From Basidiobolus meristosporus CBS 931.73 (taxonomy: Eukaryota; Fungi; Basidiobolomycota): a stretch of DNA of 64,000 bases. The translations under genes and the position numbers were made by a program. The stretch covers positions 37,190-101,189 of the forward strand of contig MCFE01000298.1 in NCBI GenBank assembly GCA_002104905.1, written 5' to 3'. Shown here piece by piece: positions 12,991 to 28,381 of the stretch. The notes beneath the pieces are model-generated. The model saw only the letters and a program-made list of their open reading frames with translations. It was not told the origin of the DNA and made no database searches. The stretch's first letter is position 1, and each line of letters begins with the position of its first letter.

Positions 12991-13459
12991 CCTCTAGTTC
13001 TCTACATCACTTCCAATACTCCCCAGAATATTGCAACAGGTTATACCCCAGAATTTCATTTGAAATCTTTAGTGGAAGTAATGTGCAGCTGATTACCAAA
13101 TATGTTATGAATGTTAGCTTGCCTAATCTTCCCCTAGAAAGAGTGTATGCTTGTCTGCTGTGAAGCTGGTATCTAAGATACTGAGAGATGTTGCGTCTGG
13201 GAAAGCTTGAATTCAGCTTCATTCTGCTGACCTTTTCCTAGTTTTTTGCCTTAGTGCAGATGTACAGGCTAGTTTTCACCCTGTCCCAATAATACAGGCT
13301 GCTATAGGTCTACTATAGGGCAATAAGAGACTTCTCAGGGGGCTAACAATTTGAAATCAAGTGTGTTGCCATCTTTGACACTCCAGATAGCAAAGCACCA
13401 TCAATATCCTGATATAGAGTTATTGAGAGTGTCTAAAGCTCTGAGCAGCTGGTACTATA

Positions 13460-16400
13460 TGTTGTAAGAGTCTTGGAGATATTAGAGGTGATTTGGGAGG
13501 ACAAGTAGATTATGTGGTCTTCACTTAATGATTTTTTCAATGTAAAAGTAGTATTTATACTTTTACCTGGTCTTGGCATTCCAGACACATAGAATAGGTT
13601 AAGGAAGGTCTCAAGGACATGTGTGCAAAGTTTTGGGCTGTTTGGACAACTTTGAGAATTTTCATGTTCTGGGTACCAGGTATTTTGGTGAGAATATTCT
13701 AAGTGAATCCCAACAAGGAATTTGGTCAGTATTCTCTAGAATTTTAGGGTAATGATTTAAGTGACTAAGCTAGGTGAATATCTAGGTGGAATACAAATTT
13801 TTTCAACACTCTCACTCAGCTAAATGTTCATACTGACTGGTCCTAATTTTGGCCTAAAATATTCAAACTTGTCTCTAGCTAATGGTTTGGTAAATATGTC
13901 TGCAATCATTTCATCTGTAGGACAGTCAGCTGAGCTAACTAAGTTATTCTCTATAGCTTCACGTACAAAATGATGTCTAATATATATGTGCTTGATTCTA
14001 GCATGAAAAGTTGAATTTCTACCTGATTGTATACATCCTTGATTGTCTTGAAATAAAGTGATAGGCATTTTTTGACATAGGCCTAAATCTGTGAAAAGCT
14101 TTCTTAACCACATTGCTTTTTTTTTGCTTCACAGCCTGCCATATACTCTGCCTCTGTGGTAGAAAGTGCTACAGTTGGTTGCTTTCTTGAATTCCATGAA
14201 ATTGCTCCTTTACAGTAAAGAAAGGTGTATCCTGTGGTGGATCTTCTGTCTTGTAATTTTGTCCCCAATCAGTATCAGAGTATCCCACAAGATCCTGTTC
14301 TGAGTCCTTATAAGTATATCTTAAGCAGATATCAGCAGTTCCTTTTAGGTATCTAAAAATCTGCTTAACTGCTGCAATATGATCAGATCCATAGTTCTGA
14401 TTATGTTGACTGACAACTCCCACTGAATATGAGATATCTGGACGTGTTCCAAGCATGATATACATCAGACTGCCGATCATAGATTGATAAGGAAAGTCAG
14501 GGCTTTCAAATGGCACTAAGCTCTCTTGATTTGGTTGAGTTTTGACCAAGTTAAGGTTTGTCTCCATTGGGGTAGCTGCCGGTTTACAGTCTTCCATTTT
14601 GTACTTCTTTAGTATATCTTGAATATACTTGGATTGGCTTAGGGTAATAGTCTGGGTACTTCTGTCTATGGAGAACTTAATCCCTAAGTAGTAACTAAGT
14701 TCTCCTAGATTGGACATCTTGAACTCCTTAGATAGGCTGGATTTAGTCACTTCCAATGTTTCTAGGTTATTGGCAGCTATAATGAGATCATCCACACACA
14801 GAGCTAATAGAACTGGATTTGCTCTATCTGGCTTATAGTAAATACTATAGTCAGCATTACTTCTTTTGAAACTCAAAGATTCCAAATAAGAATCTATCTT
14901 GCAATTCCAGGCTCTTGGTGATTGTTTGAGACCATATAGTGACTTTTTAAGCTTGCAGACCAAATGGGGGTTATCTTGGTCAATAAACCCATCAGGCTGG
15001 TCTATATACACATCCTTGTCAAGTTCTCCATTCAAAAATGCAGTTTTTACATCCATTTGATGAATAAAAAACTTATATTTGGCTGCAATAGCCAATATTA
15101 ATCTGATGGAATTAAACTTGGCTACTGGTGCAAAGGTCTCAGTATAGTCAAGTCCTTTTGTTTGAGAGTATCCTTTGGACACAAGTCTTGCTTTATATCT
15201 TTCAATTGCACCATCTGCTTTGTATTTTGTCTTGAAGACCCATCTACATCCAATTGATTTTTGGTTGAATGGTAATTTGACTAAGTCCCAAGTTTTATTT
15301 TCCAACTGGGCCTGATATTCCTCAGTCATTGCAGATCTCCATAACTTTGTCTGAGGGCTATTTAGGGCCTCTTTTACAGTCTGGGGTGCATCAATATGGA
15401 CTGAATAGGCATAGGCTAAGTTTGTACCCTCATGGATATAGTAACTTGTACTATTTCTTGTCCAATTGGATCTCCAGGCATTTGATACTGGAATGATCAC
15501 TTCTAGGATATTCCTGGGCACTGATTCTGGTGAACCATGGTTGTAGAGTCCTCTGGAGTGAAAAAATCTTCATTGTTTTGCTCTGATTCAATCCTGACAA
15601 TTGGTGGACTTGGGATCAGATTTTTGTCATCATCTGATGTCATTTTTGGTGAAAATTTTGAATTTTCATCAAACACATCCCTGGACTTGATTAGCTTCTT
15701 TGCTTTGGTATTGTAGAGTCTATATGCTTCACTCTCATTGCAGTAACCCAAAAATATGCATTTTACACTTTTTGGCTCAAATTTTGACTGATTTCCGGGC
15801 AGTTTCTTGGCATATGCTGTACACCCAAATATCCTTAGATGTTCTGCACTTGGTCTGTATCCATACCATGCTTCAAATGGAGTAGAATCACGAAGTATTC
15901 TGTTATAACTCCTATTTTTAAGATTTACAGCAGTGGCAACTGATTCTGCCCAAAAATTGTAGGATAATTTTTGATCATGGATCATAGATCTTGCTATATC
16001 AATTATTGATCTGTTTGCGCACTCTGCTACTCCATATTGCTGTGTGGAGTATGGTACAGTAGTCTCTTGCTTTATCCCATGAATTTTGCAGAAGTGGATG
16101 AATAGTTTTGAGGTAGATTCTCCACCATTGTCAGAGTGTATTTTCTTAATTTTTTCACCAGTTTCTCTCTCCACCATGGCTTTAAATTCCCTGAGCTTAG
16201 ACAGAGCTTCTTCCTTTCTCTCCACAAAGTAGACCCATGTGTATCTTCTATAATCATCAATAAGAGTGATTAAATACTTCATCCCGCCTAAGGATAAATT
16301 TTGCATAGGTCCACACAGATCTGAATGAATTAGATCTAATTTTTTCATAGTTTTGATTAACCCAGAGCTCTTGAACAATTGTCTGGCTTGTTTCCCATAG

Positions 16401-18121
16401 ATGCAGGCTTCACAGTACTCCAAATTAGCTGGGGGATCAATTTTTACTCCAGAAATTAGCTGATCTTTGATCATTTTATGCAAATAATCAAAATTGATGT
16501 GTCCAAATCTCCTATGCCAAAGCATTGGTTTCTCTTCATTTAAGTTACTTATATTGGCTTCCAGATATGATGGAATATAAGTCAACTTGTATAGATTCTG
16601 ATCTCTGATGCCTAAAGCAACATGAGCACCATTTTGATCAGTGATTGTGCATCCAGTATTATCAAAACTGAAACTGAGTCCTTCTGCTGTGGCCTTGCTT
16701 ACAGAGAGTAGGTTCTTGGCTACTTCTGGTACATAGAGTACTTTTTTGAAAGTCAGTTTATGGCTTCCTTCACTGCTTCTTAGGTTTACTTGGATAGTTC
16801 CTTCTCTCACTGCATCAAGTGTACTATTGTCACCCATGAAAACCTTCTTAATTGGAATTTCTTGATATTGGGTAAAAAGTTCTTTTTGGTGTGTAAAGTG
16901 TTGAGATGCTTCAGAGTCAATATACCACATCTGAGAATCCTTGTTTGTGGTCTTATTTAGTGCAGATATGAATAGTCTGTCTTCAGTTGTTGCAGCATTT
17001 CCATATTCAGGCTTTTTGTGCTGACTATCTTTCTTTTGAAGCACTGGTCTGAGGTGTGTCCTTTCCTTTTGCAGTAGTTGCAAAATAGGTTGCTGTTGCC
17101 TTTGTAGGGTCTTGGGTACCTCCTTTGTTGGTTATCATTGCTTATTAAAGCATTTTCTTCTTCCTTCTTATTGGCGCTTGATTTTCTTAATTCTTCATCC
17201 AGGAGCCTTCCATATACGTAATTTAAGGTCAAATCTTCAGCTCTGGACTCTAGGGCTGATACAAGGCCCTGAAACTTGTCTGTCAGGCTATTCAGGATGG
17301 TAACTATCACATCCTCATCAGTAGTTGGTATGCCCACAGATTCTATCTCATCTACCAGCAGGGTAATTCTGTTAATTAGATTTTTCATTTCTTCTCCTGG
17401 CAGCATCTTAATAGTAAAGAATTTTTGTCTCAGATACATCTTCTTGGCAGCTGAACATGACTAGTAGGTGTCTTCTAATGCTTTCCAGGCATTCATTGCT
17501 GTTTTTGCTCTTGAGCATTGGATTAGCAATTTGTCTTTAACATTAAGGCAAATGCAGTTAAAGGCACTTTGTTCTTTCTTCTGGTACTTTAAGGCTTCCT
17601 CTCCCACGTTTTTAGGAGGGCATTCTTCTCCCATGACAATATCCCAAAGGCCTCTTTCTTGCAGTAGCATCTTCATCCTCACCTTCCACACTTGGTAGTT
17701 AGATCCATCCAACTTTTCAGCAGAGGGAAAAATTCCAGTAATAGCAGTAGTAAACATTGCATAGAGTGACAGCTTGGGGCTCATAACCTGTTGTAAGAGT
17801 CTTGGAGATATTAGAAGTGATTTGGGAGAACAAGTATATTATGTGGTTTTCACTTAATGATTCATTGAATGTAAAAGTAGTATTTATACTTTTACCTGGT
17901 CATGGCATTACTAACAGATAGAATAGGTCAAGGAAGGTCCCAGGAGCATGTGTGCAAAGTTTGGGGCTGTTTGGACAACTTATCAAATTTTTATGTTCTG
18001 GGTAAGTATTCTAAGTAAATCCCAACAAGGAATTTGGTTGGTATTCTCTAGAATTTGAGGGTAATGATTTCAGTGACTAAGTTAGGTGAATATATAGGTG
18101 GAATTACAAATTTTTACAACA
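13460..18121 (-). mobile_element. Full-length but disrupted Ty1/Copia LTR retrotransposon (3' LTR 13460-13808, 5' LTR 17789-18121)
   Basis: Paired LTRs (TGTTGTAAG...TTTT(A/T)CAACA). Flanks CTATA (13455-13459) and CTAAA (18122-18126) give a 4/5 TSD. PBS at 17777-17788 and PPT GAGTGAGAG. Domain order is gag-knuckle, protease (WYIDSEAS), integrase (HSDLCGP), RT (HQMDVKTAFLNG; LCVDDL), RNase H (KHIYIRHHF). Frameshifts and stops are present. Confidence 0.93.
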
Positions 18122-20821
18122 CTAAAGTGGTCTCCTTGCAGGATCCTGATGGTCAATCCAGATTGGCTACATCCACAAGGTCTAGTTATTTTTTGTAGGT
18201 AGAGCTCACACCAAATTGATGAAAGGTTGATATGAATAACAGATCTGAATGCATTAGCCTGTGGAGTGTAGTGTTGAAGCTGAAACTGATAGTGGGTGTA
18301 GGATCCTGCATAGATAGACAAGACAAGACAGAGGTATAACTAGATTCTCAATACAGATAATTCAATAGATATGCTGCAAAAGTAAGAGTGGTGCTGCAGT
18401 TGTGAGGTGAGAAGTGTCAAGAAGAGGCAGTAGCCGAACAATGCACAAGAGTCTACAAGCAGATTGAGTACTCAGAACTAAGAAGTGGGAGAAAAGAGGG
18501 AGAACCAATCTACAGCAACTTAGGGGCAGCTGTACAGACAAATTTTGCCAAGGTTTTTGCACATTCAGGGTGTGATTTTTTATGATGGTACTTGTGAACT
18601 GTGATGGTATCAATACCTCTTACTTACAGGATCTCATATTTGGCACAGTCTACAGGTGGGATCATTGAAGTCATTGTTCCTAGGGATGACTTGGGCTCAA
18701 AGATTGACAATAGGAAAATATCAATAATATCAAATATGGATAAGAAGCAGATAAGAGTACATTGCAAGATAACATCCTGTTATTATGCTGATAAAGTCCA
18801 CCCTGAAGTCTAGACCCACTAATTGAGATCAATGAACTAGTCAGGGAAAAGACATCCATTCATTGACTACTCCCAAACACCCCCAGGATCCCCCTGCAAG
18901 ATTCCAACCTACCTGTACTAGACTAATCCTGAATGAGAATCCACGATGCAGATCACTTCCAAATTACCGTACCCAGAAGGTAGACTACGTAGCATGGTCA
19001 ATTGTTCAGGATACACATATGGCATACCAACTCCCATTTTAGGTAGTATCCTTGATTCAATAAACTACAGCAACCACCTCAATTTATTGGTGGGGTGTAC
19101 AGAAAAAGGGGGTCACCAATATCTGAGCAGTGGGTTAGTAGCCACAATCAAAGATCGATGATTCGGAATCATGATAATAGACGCATCAAGCCTACGAGTC
19201 GTCTTTAAGCGGCAGCGCTTTATGTAGAAAATACGGGGTGTTCTACCTCCACCATCCAATCCCATCCATGCCAAACTGCTCGTAATCGGGGTTGGTTGAC
19301 CTGAAGTGATCAAGGGATTCGGGATGGCCCTGAAGCCCATGTGTTTTCTTCGCCATCCATGACTCTACAAGCTCGGCCGGAAGTACAAGTACCTCATGAT
19401 TACATGAAACTCATACCTCTTCCTTGAAGCACCAATTCATCATTCCTTGTCGCTTCATCTTACATGGCGCTATCAATTTAAACGTATTTCATATGTGTAA
19501 TACATGGGAATTGGTCCTAGGATACTCGGGCACGCCACCAATCGAATCAAGGCGATATGAATGGGCCGATTCGGTTCCATTTCATCCCATGGATCTCATA
19601 ATTTCGTGGGTGACTGGCGTGGCAAGGACCTTGGATGTTTGTGGGTGCCAAATGCGGCTACTTTCAGGGTGACTGCTGTGGTGCTAAAATACCGAGTGGC
19701 TTAGGAATCCAGAAACTCATCACATCTGAGGTGGGTGAATCGGGTAGAGTCCCCCCCCCAGCCATCTTTGGTCACCGAACAGAGAGCATCGAGCCGCCCT
19801 CGGGTTAAAACCTCCATTGCGTGTCTGGGTTCTTCGTACGGCGACAAATTGCTTTACATTCTGTCGGTTCCTTTCTGCGCAGTCCGGTCATGGTGTTCCA
19901 TCGTTCTCCGATACTCCACGTTGGTGGCATTGAGGATTAAGGTATTGTATATAGTTAGTATTGTTTCGGCTCCCACCTGGAGTTGTACTTGAATTTTTCC
20001 GGTTTCCAACGATGCCCAGTGATTTTGAAGTGGTTGGCACTGGCTCAGGATGTCATGCGCTCGCTTCTTAGGTACGGCTCCTCTTAGGACGTCGGCATAT
20101 ATCGGAGCATTGTCGTGAAGCCCCCCCCCACTTGGTTGCATTTACGGAAGTCCTAGATGATTGCATACACAACGGTGAACCCTGTGAAGTCCGTACTTGT
20201 CAGCGAGGTCTCTGTTTACTATACCCTTAAGGTCTCATACAACACATACAGATGGCCAACTCCCTGGCAACCTACTTGTGGATTCCCTTTACTGGCATGC
20301 TTCCCATGGTGTCGAAGGCCGACGCGTCAAGCCTACGGTGGTAAAACACTCGAGTGGAGAACCTTTGCACTTAGGCTTCCCCGTTGAACAGCGAATAGGC
20401 ATCACCACCAGGGGTGTTCAACATGGGTAAGGATCCGGCCAAGTGGTAAGTGAGCCATAGAATCAACTTAACTGGGCCATCACCAGTGAACGAGTCCCGA
20501 ATCCGGAACACCGTCAGTAATGGCAACCCCATCGGTGAGAATTACCGGAATTCCATTGATTTGTACTGTACCACCCTGGAACAGGAAACCATCTGCGTAC
20601 TGGACGCATACAGGGGAAACCATGGTCTCTCCCGTAGCCGCCACCCATATGTGATCAGTCATGAGTGGCATTCTTGGCATGTGGTGATCTGATGAGATGC
20701 CCATGATTGGGTATGTCCGGTATTGAGTGTACGTAGCGGTTGGTAGCACCACGAATGATCCTCTTTATTTAAACGCGCGGGGTTCTGCCTGAGCCGGACT
20801 ACACTCAAGCCTCAGGTGAAG

Positions 20822-22236
20822 ATGAACGGCATCCAAGTAACCCCACACAATGTTGGCATCAAGGCCATGGAGATTTACTTCCCGAAAAAGGTAAGCCGGT
20901 TGTAGTGTCCATCGGTCCACGCGCCCCTTACTAACCGCACCGATGATTGCAGTATGTCGAGCAGGCGGATATGGAGCAGTTCGACGGTGTTTCCGCTGGG
21001 AAATACACTCTGGGCCTCGGCCAGAACAAACTAGGCTTCTGCGACGATCGGGAGGATATCCACTCCATCTCCCTCACCGTGGTTCAGAACCTGGTGGAGC
21101 ACTACGGCATCTCCTACAACGACATCGGCCGCCTGGAGGTCGGCACCGAAACCATTCTCGACAAGGCCAAGTCTTGCAAGACCGTCCTCATGCAGCTGTT
21201 CGCCGATTCGGGGAACTTCGAGGTTGAGGGCATCGACACCACCAACGCATGCTATGGTGGGACCGCCGCGCTGTCCAACGCGGTGAATTGGGTGGAGTCT
21301 TCCTCCTGGGACGGCCGGTACGCTCTGGTGGTTGCTGCTGATATCGCCATCTATGCCAAGGGACCGGCCAGACCTACCGGTGGCACCGCAGCCGTGGCCT
21401 TGTTGGTTGGCCCCGATGCCCCTATCGTGATTGAGAAAGGGCTTCGCAGCACGTTTGTTGAACACGTCTACGACTTCTACAAGCCGGACCTGGCATCGGA
21501 GTATCCCATTGTGGATGGAAAGCTTTCGGTGGAGTGCTACGCACGCGCCTTGGACAACTGCTACCCGAAGTATCTTGCCAGGCTGGCAAAGAAGGAGAAC
21601 CTCCAAAACCCCGGCCTGGAGAACTTCGACTACCTCCTGTTCCACTCCCCCTACACCAAGCTGGTGGCCAAGTCATTCGCTCGCCTAGGCTTCCACGATT
21701 TCCTTGCCAACCACGAGGACCCCAGGTACGCTGCGGTCCAGGAATTCAAGGGCCTCCTTCCAGAGGAGACCTACACGAACCGGGATCTAGAGAAGGCGTT
21801 CATCGGAGTCACAAAGACCATGTTCAACCAGAAGGTCGCTCCCTCGCTGACCACTGCCAAGAACATCGGCAACACCTACTGCGCCTCACTGTACGGCTGC
21901 CTCGCCTCCCTGATTTGCGGGACCCCCTACGAGACGCTGGCCGGGAAGCGGGTGGGTATGTTCTCGTACGGCTCCGGCTCCTCGTCCACTCTCTTCTCGC
22001 TTAGGGTCGTCGGATCGACCGAGGAGATGGCCAAGATCCTCGACCTCCAAAGCCGCCTCGATTCCCGGATCGCCGCATCCCCCGAGGAGTTCGACAAGGC
22101 CATGAGCTTGCGCGAAGAGACCCACCAGCTCAGGGACTACCGCCCGGTCGGCGACATCGAGTCCATCTATCCAGGGACTTACTACTTGTCCTACGTGGAC
22201 GAGAAGTTTAGACGGTTCTACGAACGCAAGAATTAG
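20822..22236 (+). CDS. ERG13: Hydroxymethylglutaryl-CoA synthase (2 exons: 20822-20890, 20953-22236; ~450 aa)
   Basis: 'NVGIKAMEIYFP', 'GRLEVGTET', active-site 'NACYGGT', 'FHSPY', 'GNTYCAS', 'FSYGSG'. One GT-AG intron with a CTAAC branch point, phase 0. Confidence 0.97.
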
Positions 22237-22544
22237 CCAACCCCAACTCACACCCATCCATGTCCATAGTCACTCCTACGGCTTCGTGCCATTGAGCGTT
22301 AATTAATAAACCCCCTTTGCCATATGCATCATCCCATCCAGCTTACCACACTGTGGGCCCGTGTTCGTAGCAACATGAGGAAACGATACTCGAGCGGCCA
22401 CCCTTGCGATGTTTATTTAAAAGTACTTCCTACAATTCACACTTCCTGGTCGTCCTACGGCCTTACCAACGGACGGCTAAATAGGCATCGGCAAATGGGG
22501 GTGGGGTGACGGGCTTCAACCAGGGTATCTGGAGGCTCGGTGAA

Positions 22545-23500
<956 letters not shown>

Positions 23501-24118
23501 TCTTGCAAGGAGAGGTAGAGGGTGGCGGTTCAATGATTCGTCACCTAAAGTAGTCTTAGGTTCATAGATATAATGCCAATCATGGCCACAAGGATCCAAT
23601 CACAAACAAAGAAGTCAAGAATCACGATTTAAGATTCGTGGGACATCACCTTAGAATAGAATAAGAACCATTCATAATTCCGGGGGACCCAGCTGTGTGT
23701 CCATGCATGTCTCACGTCTCACGTCTCACACCATGTTGGGCATGAATGGGATCCTATTGCAAACTCCAGGCAGTCGCAACCGATTGACATATTTAGGGCT
23801 ATCTGAGGTTTGTCAGCTTCAGCCTGGAATTCGCTTGGCAGGATGCAATTACCTGGAGCTGCCAAGGAGTCGGCATGCCACGAGATACATCCACCATGAG
23901 CCGTGTAACTATGCAGCTGATTTGTCAACAAACCTTATCCAAGATCCCCCATATGCATACGCCGCATCGATCCGACTTCCAGAGCAGAGCCTGCTGCCGT
24001 CGCCTGTCGAGCCCACGGCCACCCTGAACAACGGGATATCTTTCTCCATCGGGGCCCACGCCCACAGAAAGGTGGTCATCTTGAAAATACATGCAATTTA
24101 TTGAAAAGAATGGATTGA

Positions 24119-25449
24119 TTAATTTGCGGCGTCTTCGCATTTCCAAACCTTGACGGTCTTGTCAAAGCCTGCGCTGATTAGCACGTCTAGTTTCTTGTCG
24201 TAGGAAAGCGAGCGGATGACCTCGGTGTGTCCAGCGAGGACAGCCAGCACTTTGCCGGACTTGACCTCGATGCATCGGATTTTCCGGTCATCCCCGGTGG
24301 CGAAGAAGTACTTGCCGGATGGATGCCAAGCATGTCTGGGGTTGGAGAACTCGTCGTGGGGGATCCCGTAGAAATTGCGAGGCTGCACCGAGGATCTTAC
24401 CCGGAACAATATGGCCCTGCCGGAGCGATCGTCGGTGGAGCAGAGCAGGTACCTTCCATCGGGAGAAACGGAGAGGTCCATAGGAGTGAAGGACACCCAG
24501 TCGTCACCGTTGGAGTTCATGTTGTGCTTCTCGTACTCCAGGTTCTCGAGGTTGATGTAGTACAGATAGTTATCCTCGCGAACACCTACCACCACGTAAC
24601 TTGAATCCGGTGTATAGGTCATCGCCTCGACATATCCGCGGAAGTAGAAAGTCTTCAGGAGCTCGAAAACCGGGTATCCGTTCTCGTCACTCTTGGTGGT
24701 TTTGTACAGGTTGAAAGTCTTGTCATAGGAGCAAGATGCGAAGTATTGGCCGTTGGGCGAAAACTTGACCTTCACAACATACCTTGTGTGGTTCTTGAAG
24801 CTTTGCAAGACATCGTTGGTTTCGATGTCTACGAGTTGGACGGTCTGATCCATACCCCCAGATAACAACAGTTTGGGATGAAGGGGATGGAAATCTGTGC
24901 TCAGAATAGCGGCATTGTGATGGGTCAAGAGGTTGATGGTTTGCTCGTTGTTGTAGTCTGTCAATTTAATGCTGCGATCTGTGGAGCCAGAGACGATGGT
25001 GGCTTGGTCGGTACCATCCTCTTGGGGCACGTGGTGAATCTGTGCAGTGAGGATATTTCCGCTATGAATGGTATCATAGGAATTGGCCAGCACAGTGGGA
25101 AAGCGGCCGTCTCCCTGCTCATTAAGCACCTCATCCTTATCTCTATATAATTCAACGGGGTGAGAACCGGCATAAAGCAACCACCCCCTCTACCAGAAAT
25201 AAGGGTTAGATCTCACCTGTCCTCGGCGAGTTTTTTCATCTTATCATCCAAGCCAGCGTTGAGGGAGTCATCAACGACGGAGATCAACGGCTTGCTAGGG
25301 TTTTTGGGGACGTCATTATCCTCCTCGACCTGGGTCAAGAAGTACTCAGCCTCCTGCCGAAAGGTCTCGAGAGTGTCGGTGTATCCTTGGGTTTCAAGAA
25401 AATGAGCGACCAGCGCATGGGTGTAGAGTAAGCTTCCTAATCTCTCCAT
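24119..25449 (-). CDS. WD40-repeat protein with LisH-like N-terminus (2 exons, intron ~25143-25216)
   Basis: Exon 1 'LVAHFLETQGYTDTLETFRQEA' is LisH-like. Exon 2 has multiple WD repeats ('SGSTDRSIKL', 'SGGMDQTVQL', 'SCSYDKTFNLY', 'GHTEVIRSL...SAGFDKTVKVW'). Confidence 0.88.
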
Positions 25450-26533
25450 GTTACTGTTGACGGGTTCAAAATAAGGTAAATCTTCACAGGTGGAATGAAC
25501 CTTTTATTGAGGAGATTTCTAAACCAGGCTCGTCCTGAAGATTAGGCCATAGTAATCCGATATTAATTAAGAAGGATCTATGGAAATGATTGGAAAGTTC
25601 GATTCCAATTAACTGTGCTGAATGTGCATGAGAAGTATCCATTGAAAACCGCTCGAATGTTGGCTGCTTTCCAATAATATTCCAATATAACCAACTGTGC
25701 GCATAAATCGACAGCAAAGCGATTTGGAGAGGGAGGCGGGGCTCTGATTGGTCTCTGGCCACCCAACGCTCAATACTCATCACACACCTGGGAACTGGCT
25801 TGATTGTTGCACATTCATGGATGTATGTGACCAAGAGACTTCCTAATCAGTGGCGGGCTGAGGTGAAGGTTATATTTCGATTGGAAATGGAAAGATGCAA
25901 TTGTGGCGAACATCAACTGGACTTTTCTGGCAACAGGCCGATACGATGTATCCCTTGTTAGTCTCCACCCTGGCATCGTCCTACTTGTATACCAGGCATT
26001 ACTCCCTACTGGGAAGTTTGGCTGTAGCCCCGGATATTGCTCTTCTGGATTAAGCTTCGTGTATCACAAACATTGGTAGCTCGCCTTGTCGCAAATAGAA
26101 TTACATGTGGTTTTCACTATAAGTCTGCGTCCCGGATGGTTTGGACTTTCTGTAAGGTAGCACTGAGATTCAGAGATACCTCATGAATGAGTGAGAATCT
26201 ACAACTCCGGCAAAAGCACAGAAAGCGCCACATAGCGGTTACGTGTATCGACGGAAGCGGAGCAGGAGGGGTTCCCATGGGTAGAGAAAAAGCGGCTCGA
26301 TTAATACTGCGTTGGATCCAGCGCTCTTTGGAATTCAGAGGGGGTGGGTTCATCCAGGCTATGGAATATGGCCCTTAGAGAGGCCTCAATCATCAGGAGG
26401 AACCGGCAGGGTGGCGGATATCCCGATGAAAATCCATCGTAATTTCGGCTCTACGTCGATTTAGCGATTTGTATTTCTCAGTCACACAGACCAGACTAGC
26501 ATATTTTTTGTTTTATCACATTTGCTCTCCAGG

Positions 26534-28033
26534 ATGAGCGAGGACTCAGCCGCGCCGAAGTTTCGCGTTCCTTCAGTGGCGGAAGTGGAAAGTCATGCAA
26601 ACAAACCTCGTTCGAAAACACTCTTTTTTAAGCCCAAGGGGACTCTAGAGTTGGGAGGACTCAAGGAAGATCAGTCGAATCCACCCATCCCCTCAGTTAC
26701 CAGCTCAAGCTCCACAAACGACAAGCTCTTTCCAGATCTCAACCAATGTAGATAGCAAATCTTCTTGCACTCTGCCTCGAAGCACATTCTCACCCGAATT
26801 GCAAATTCTAGTGAGTAAATTGGACGACTCGACTACGTCGCCTGGAAAACAACCAGTTCGTCCAACCTCAAAGTAGGCCTATCCTCTTGTTTTGCAATTC
26901 GCGATTTGGTCTAAACTTCTCCAAAAGCACGCCCCCTGTGCCTACAGTCAAGGCACCTGTGACACCCATCAGATCTCGGGGCTCAGGAAACACGATCATT
27001 GTGAATCCTTGTCAGGTACAGCTCCACTTGACTTTTGCTCTTTATTTCTCACGATTAAACGATGTTCGTAGCGAGGGAACCCAATTTTGCAGCATGTTCG
27101 TAATGTGCCTTGGGAGTATGGAGAAATCGTACCCGATTACCAAGTCGGAATCTCTTCGTGTGTTTTGTTCCTCAGGTTCGATCAAGCAATGCAGTTTGCA
27201 ACCCTCACCGTTGTCAGCGCAGTAACACCTTTGTCTGGCCAGCTTAAGGTATCATCGCTTGCACCCTGAATACGTCTTCAACAGAATCCAAAAGCTCGGA
27301 CGCAGCTATCTGCTACGTGTCATCCTGTGCATGGTAGACATTGTAAGTATAGGCCAAATGCCATAGCTGGATAGCCTGGCCGCTGATGCGATGTATAGGA
27401 AAACCACGAAGACTCGATCCGCGAACTCACAAAGGCGTGCATAGTAAATGAGCTGACGTTGGTACTGGCATGGAGGTACAGGAGAGATTGGACACAATAT
27501 AGCGGTACATGCATTGACATCTCGTTACGAACTTCCATTTCTACTAGCCAAGAGGAGGCAGGGAGATACCTAGAAACATATAAATCATTCGAACACAAAC
27601 CACCCGATCTGATCAAAGAGAAGGTCGACAACGATTACCTGTCTAAAGTAAGCCTCCTGCGACTCTCTTGTCAACTTGGGTTTACTCCAACATCCTTCTA
27701 CTTCAAAGGCGACCGATTCGTTGACGCAAATCAAATCGGTTAACAAGACTGATGTTCTCACCTTACTTTCATCGTTTGGAGTATGTAGCCGCTGAAGAGC
27801 TTCCTTAATTGCCCGTATTAATATCTCTGTACATTAGTCGGTCAAGAGAGTCATCGAAGCCACCGCTGAAGAGCTCGCCATGTGCCCCGGCTTTGGAGAC
27901 AAAAAGGTATGGCTCTTGGCTACTCAGACACCTCGGTGATTTCACCGTATCGATTGGCGATATGCTCTTCTAGGTAAAAAGAATCCGCAAAGCCTTTACC
28001 GAGCCATTCCGCCTTAACAAGGCAAGACCTTGA
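26534..28033 (+). CDS. ERCC1: DNA excision repair protein ERCC1/Rad10/Swi10 (multi-exon)
   Basis: Exon peptides 'IIVNPCQ|[24 protein letters not shown]', 'RYHRLHPEY', '[24 protein letters not shown]', '[17 protein letters not shown]', and the HhH '[11 protein letters not shown]'. GT-AG introns separate them. Confidence 0.92.
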
Positions 28034-28381
28034 GTGATGATGGATGTGTATCAAGAACATCTTCGGAGCACCTCCTCATGACATCCCTTTACTATCCATC
28101 AACATCACCTGACCGTGCCCTTCTCAGCCTTACTTTTCGTTCTGTGTCACCGCTTCATGCTCATATATAGTATGCGTTAACCATACGCTGTATATTTCGA
28201 GCATACGGCAAGTAGTATGCCTTGGACAAAACCGAATAAATTGTCAGTGGAAAAGCCAATAAGAGCCAGCTGGTATGTTGTTCCAGCGAATGATAGGCCA
28301 ATCAATTGATCTCGGATATTCCATCCTCTATAAATCCCAAATTTGCTGCACCCGCTCCTTACTTGACCTTAACCTTTGAAG

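Noticed and set aside
1-18900. RIP as the cause of TE decay
   Set aside because: CpA and TpG remain abundant while CpG is specifically missing. By eye this fits 5mCpG deamination better, though it was not computed.
19700-20141. Possible LINE ORF1/gag-like remnant ('IYADVLRG', 'RCSLFG...GGD')
   Set aside because: The motifs are too weak and no RT or tail lies nearby, so I cannot support a call.
21031-22257. Long antisense and alternate-frame ORFs (21031..21645, 21534..22004, 21886..22257)
   Set aside because: Shadows of the GC-rich HMG-CoA synthase coding sequence, with no independent motifs.
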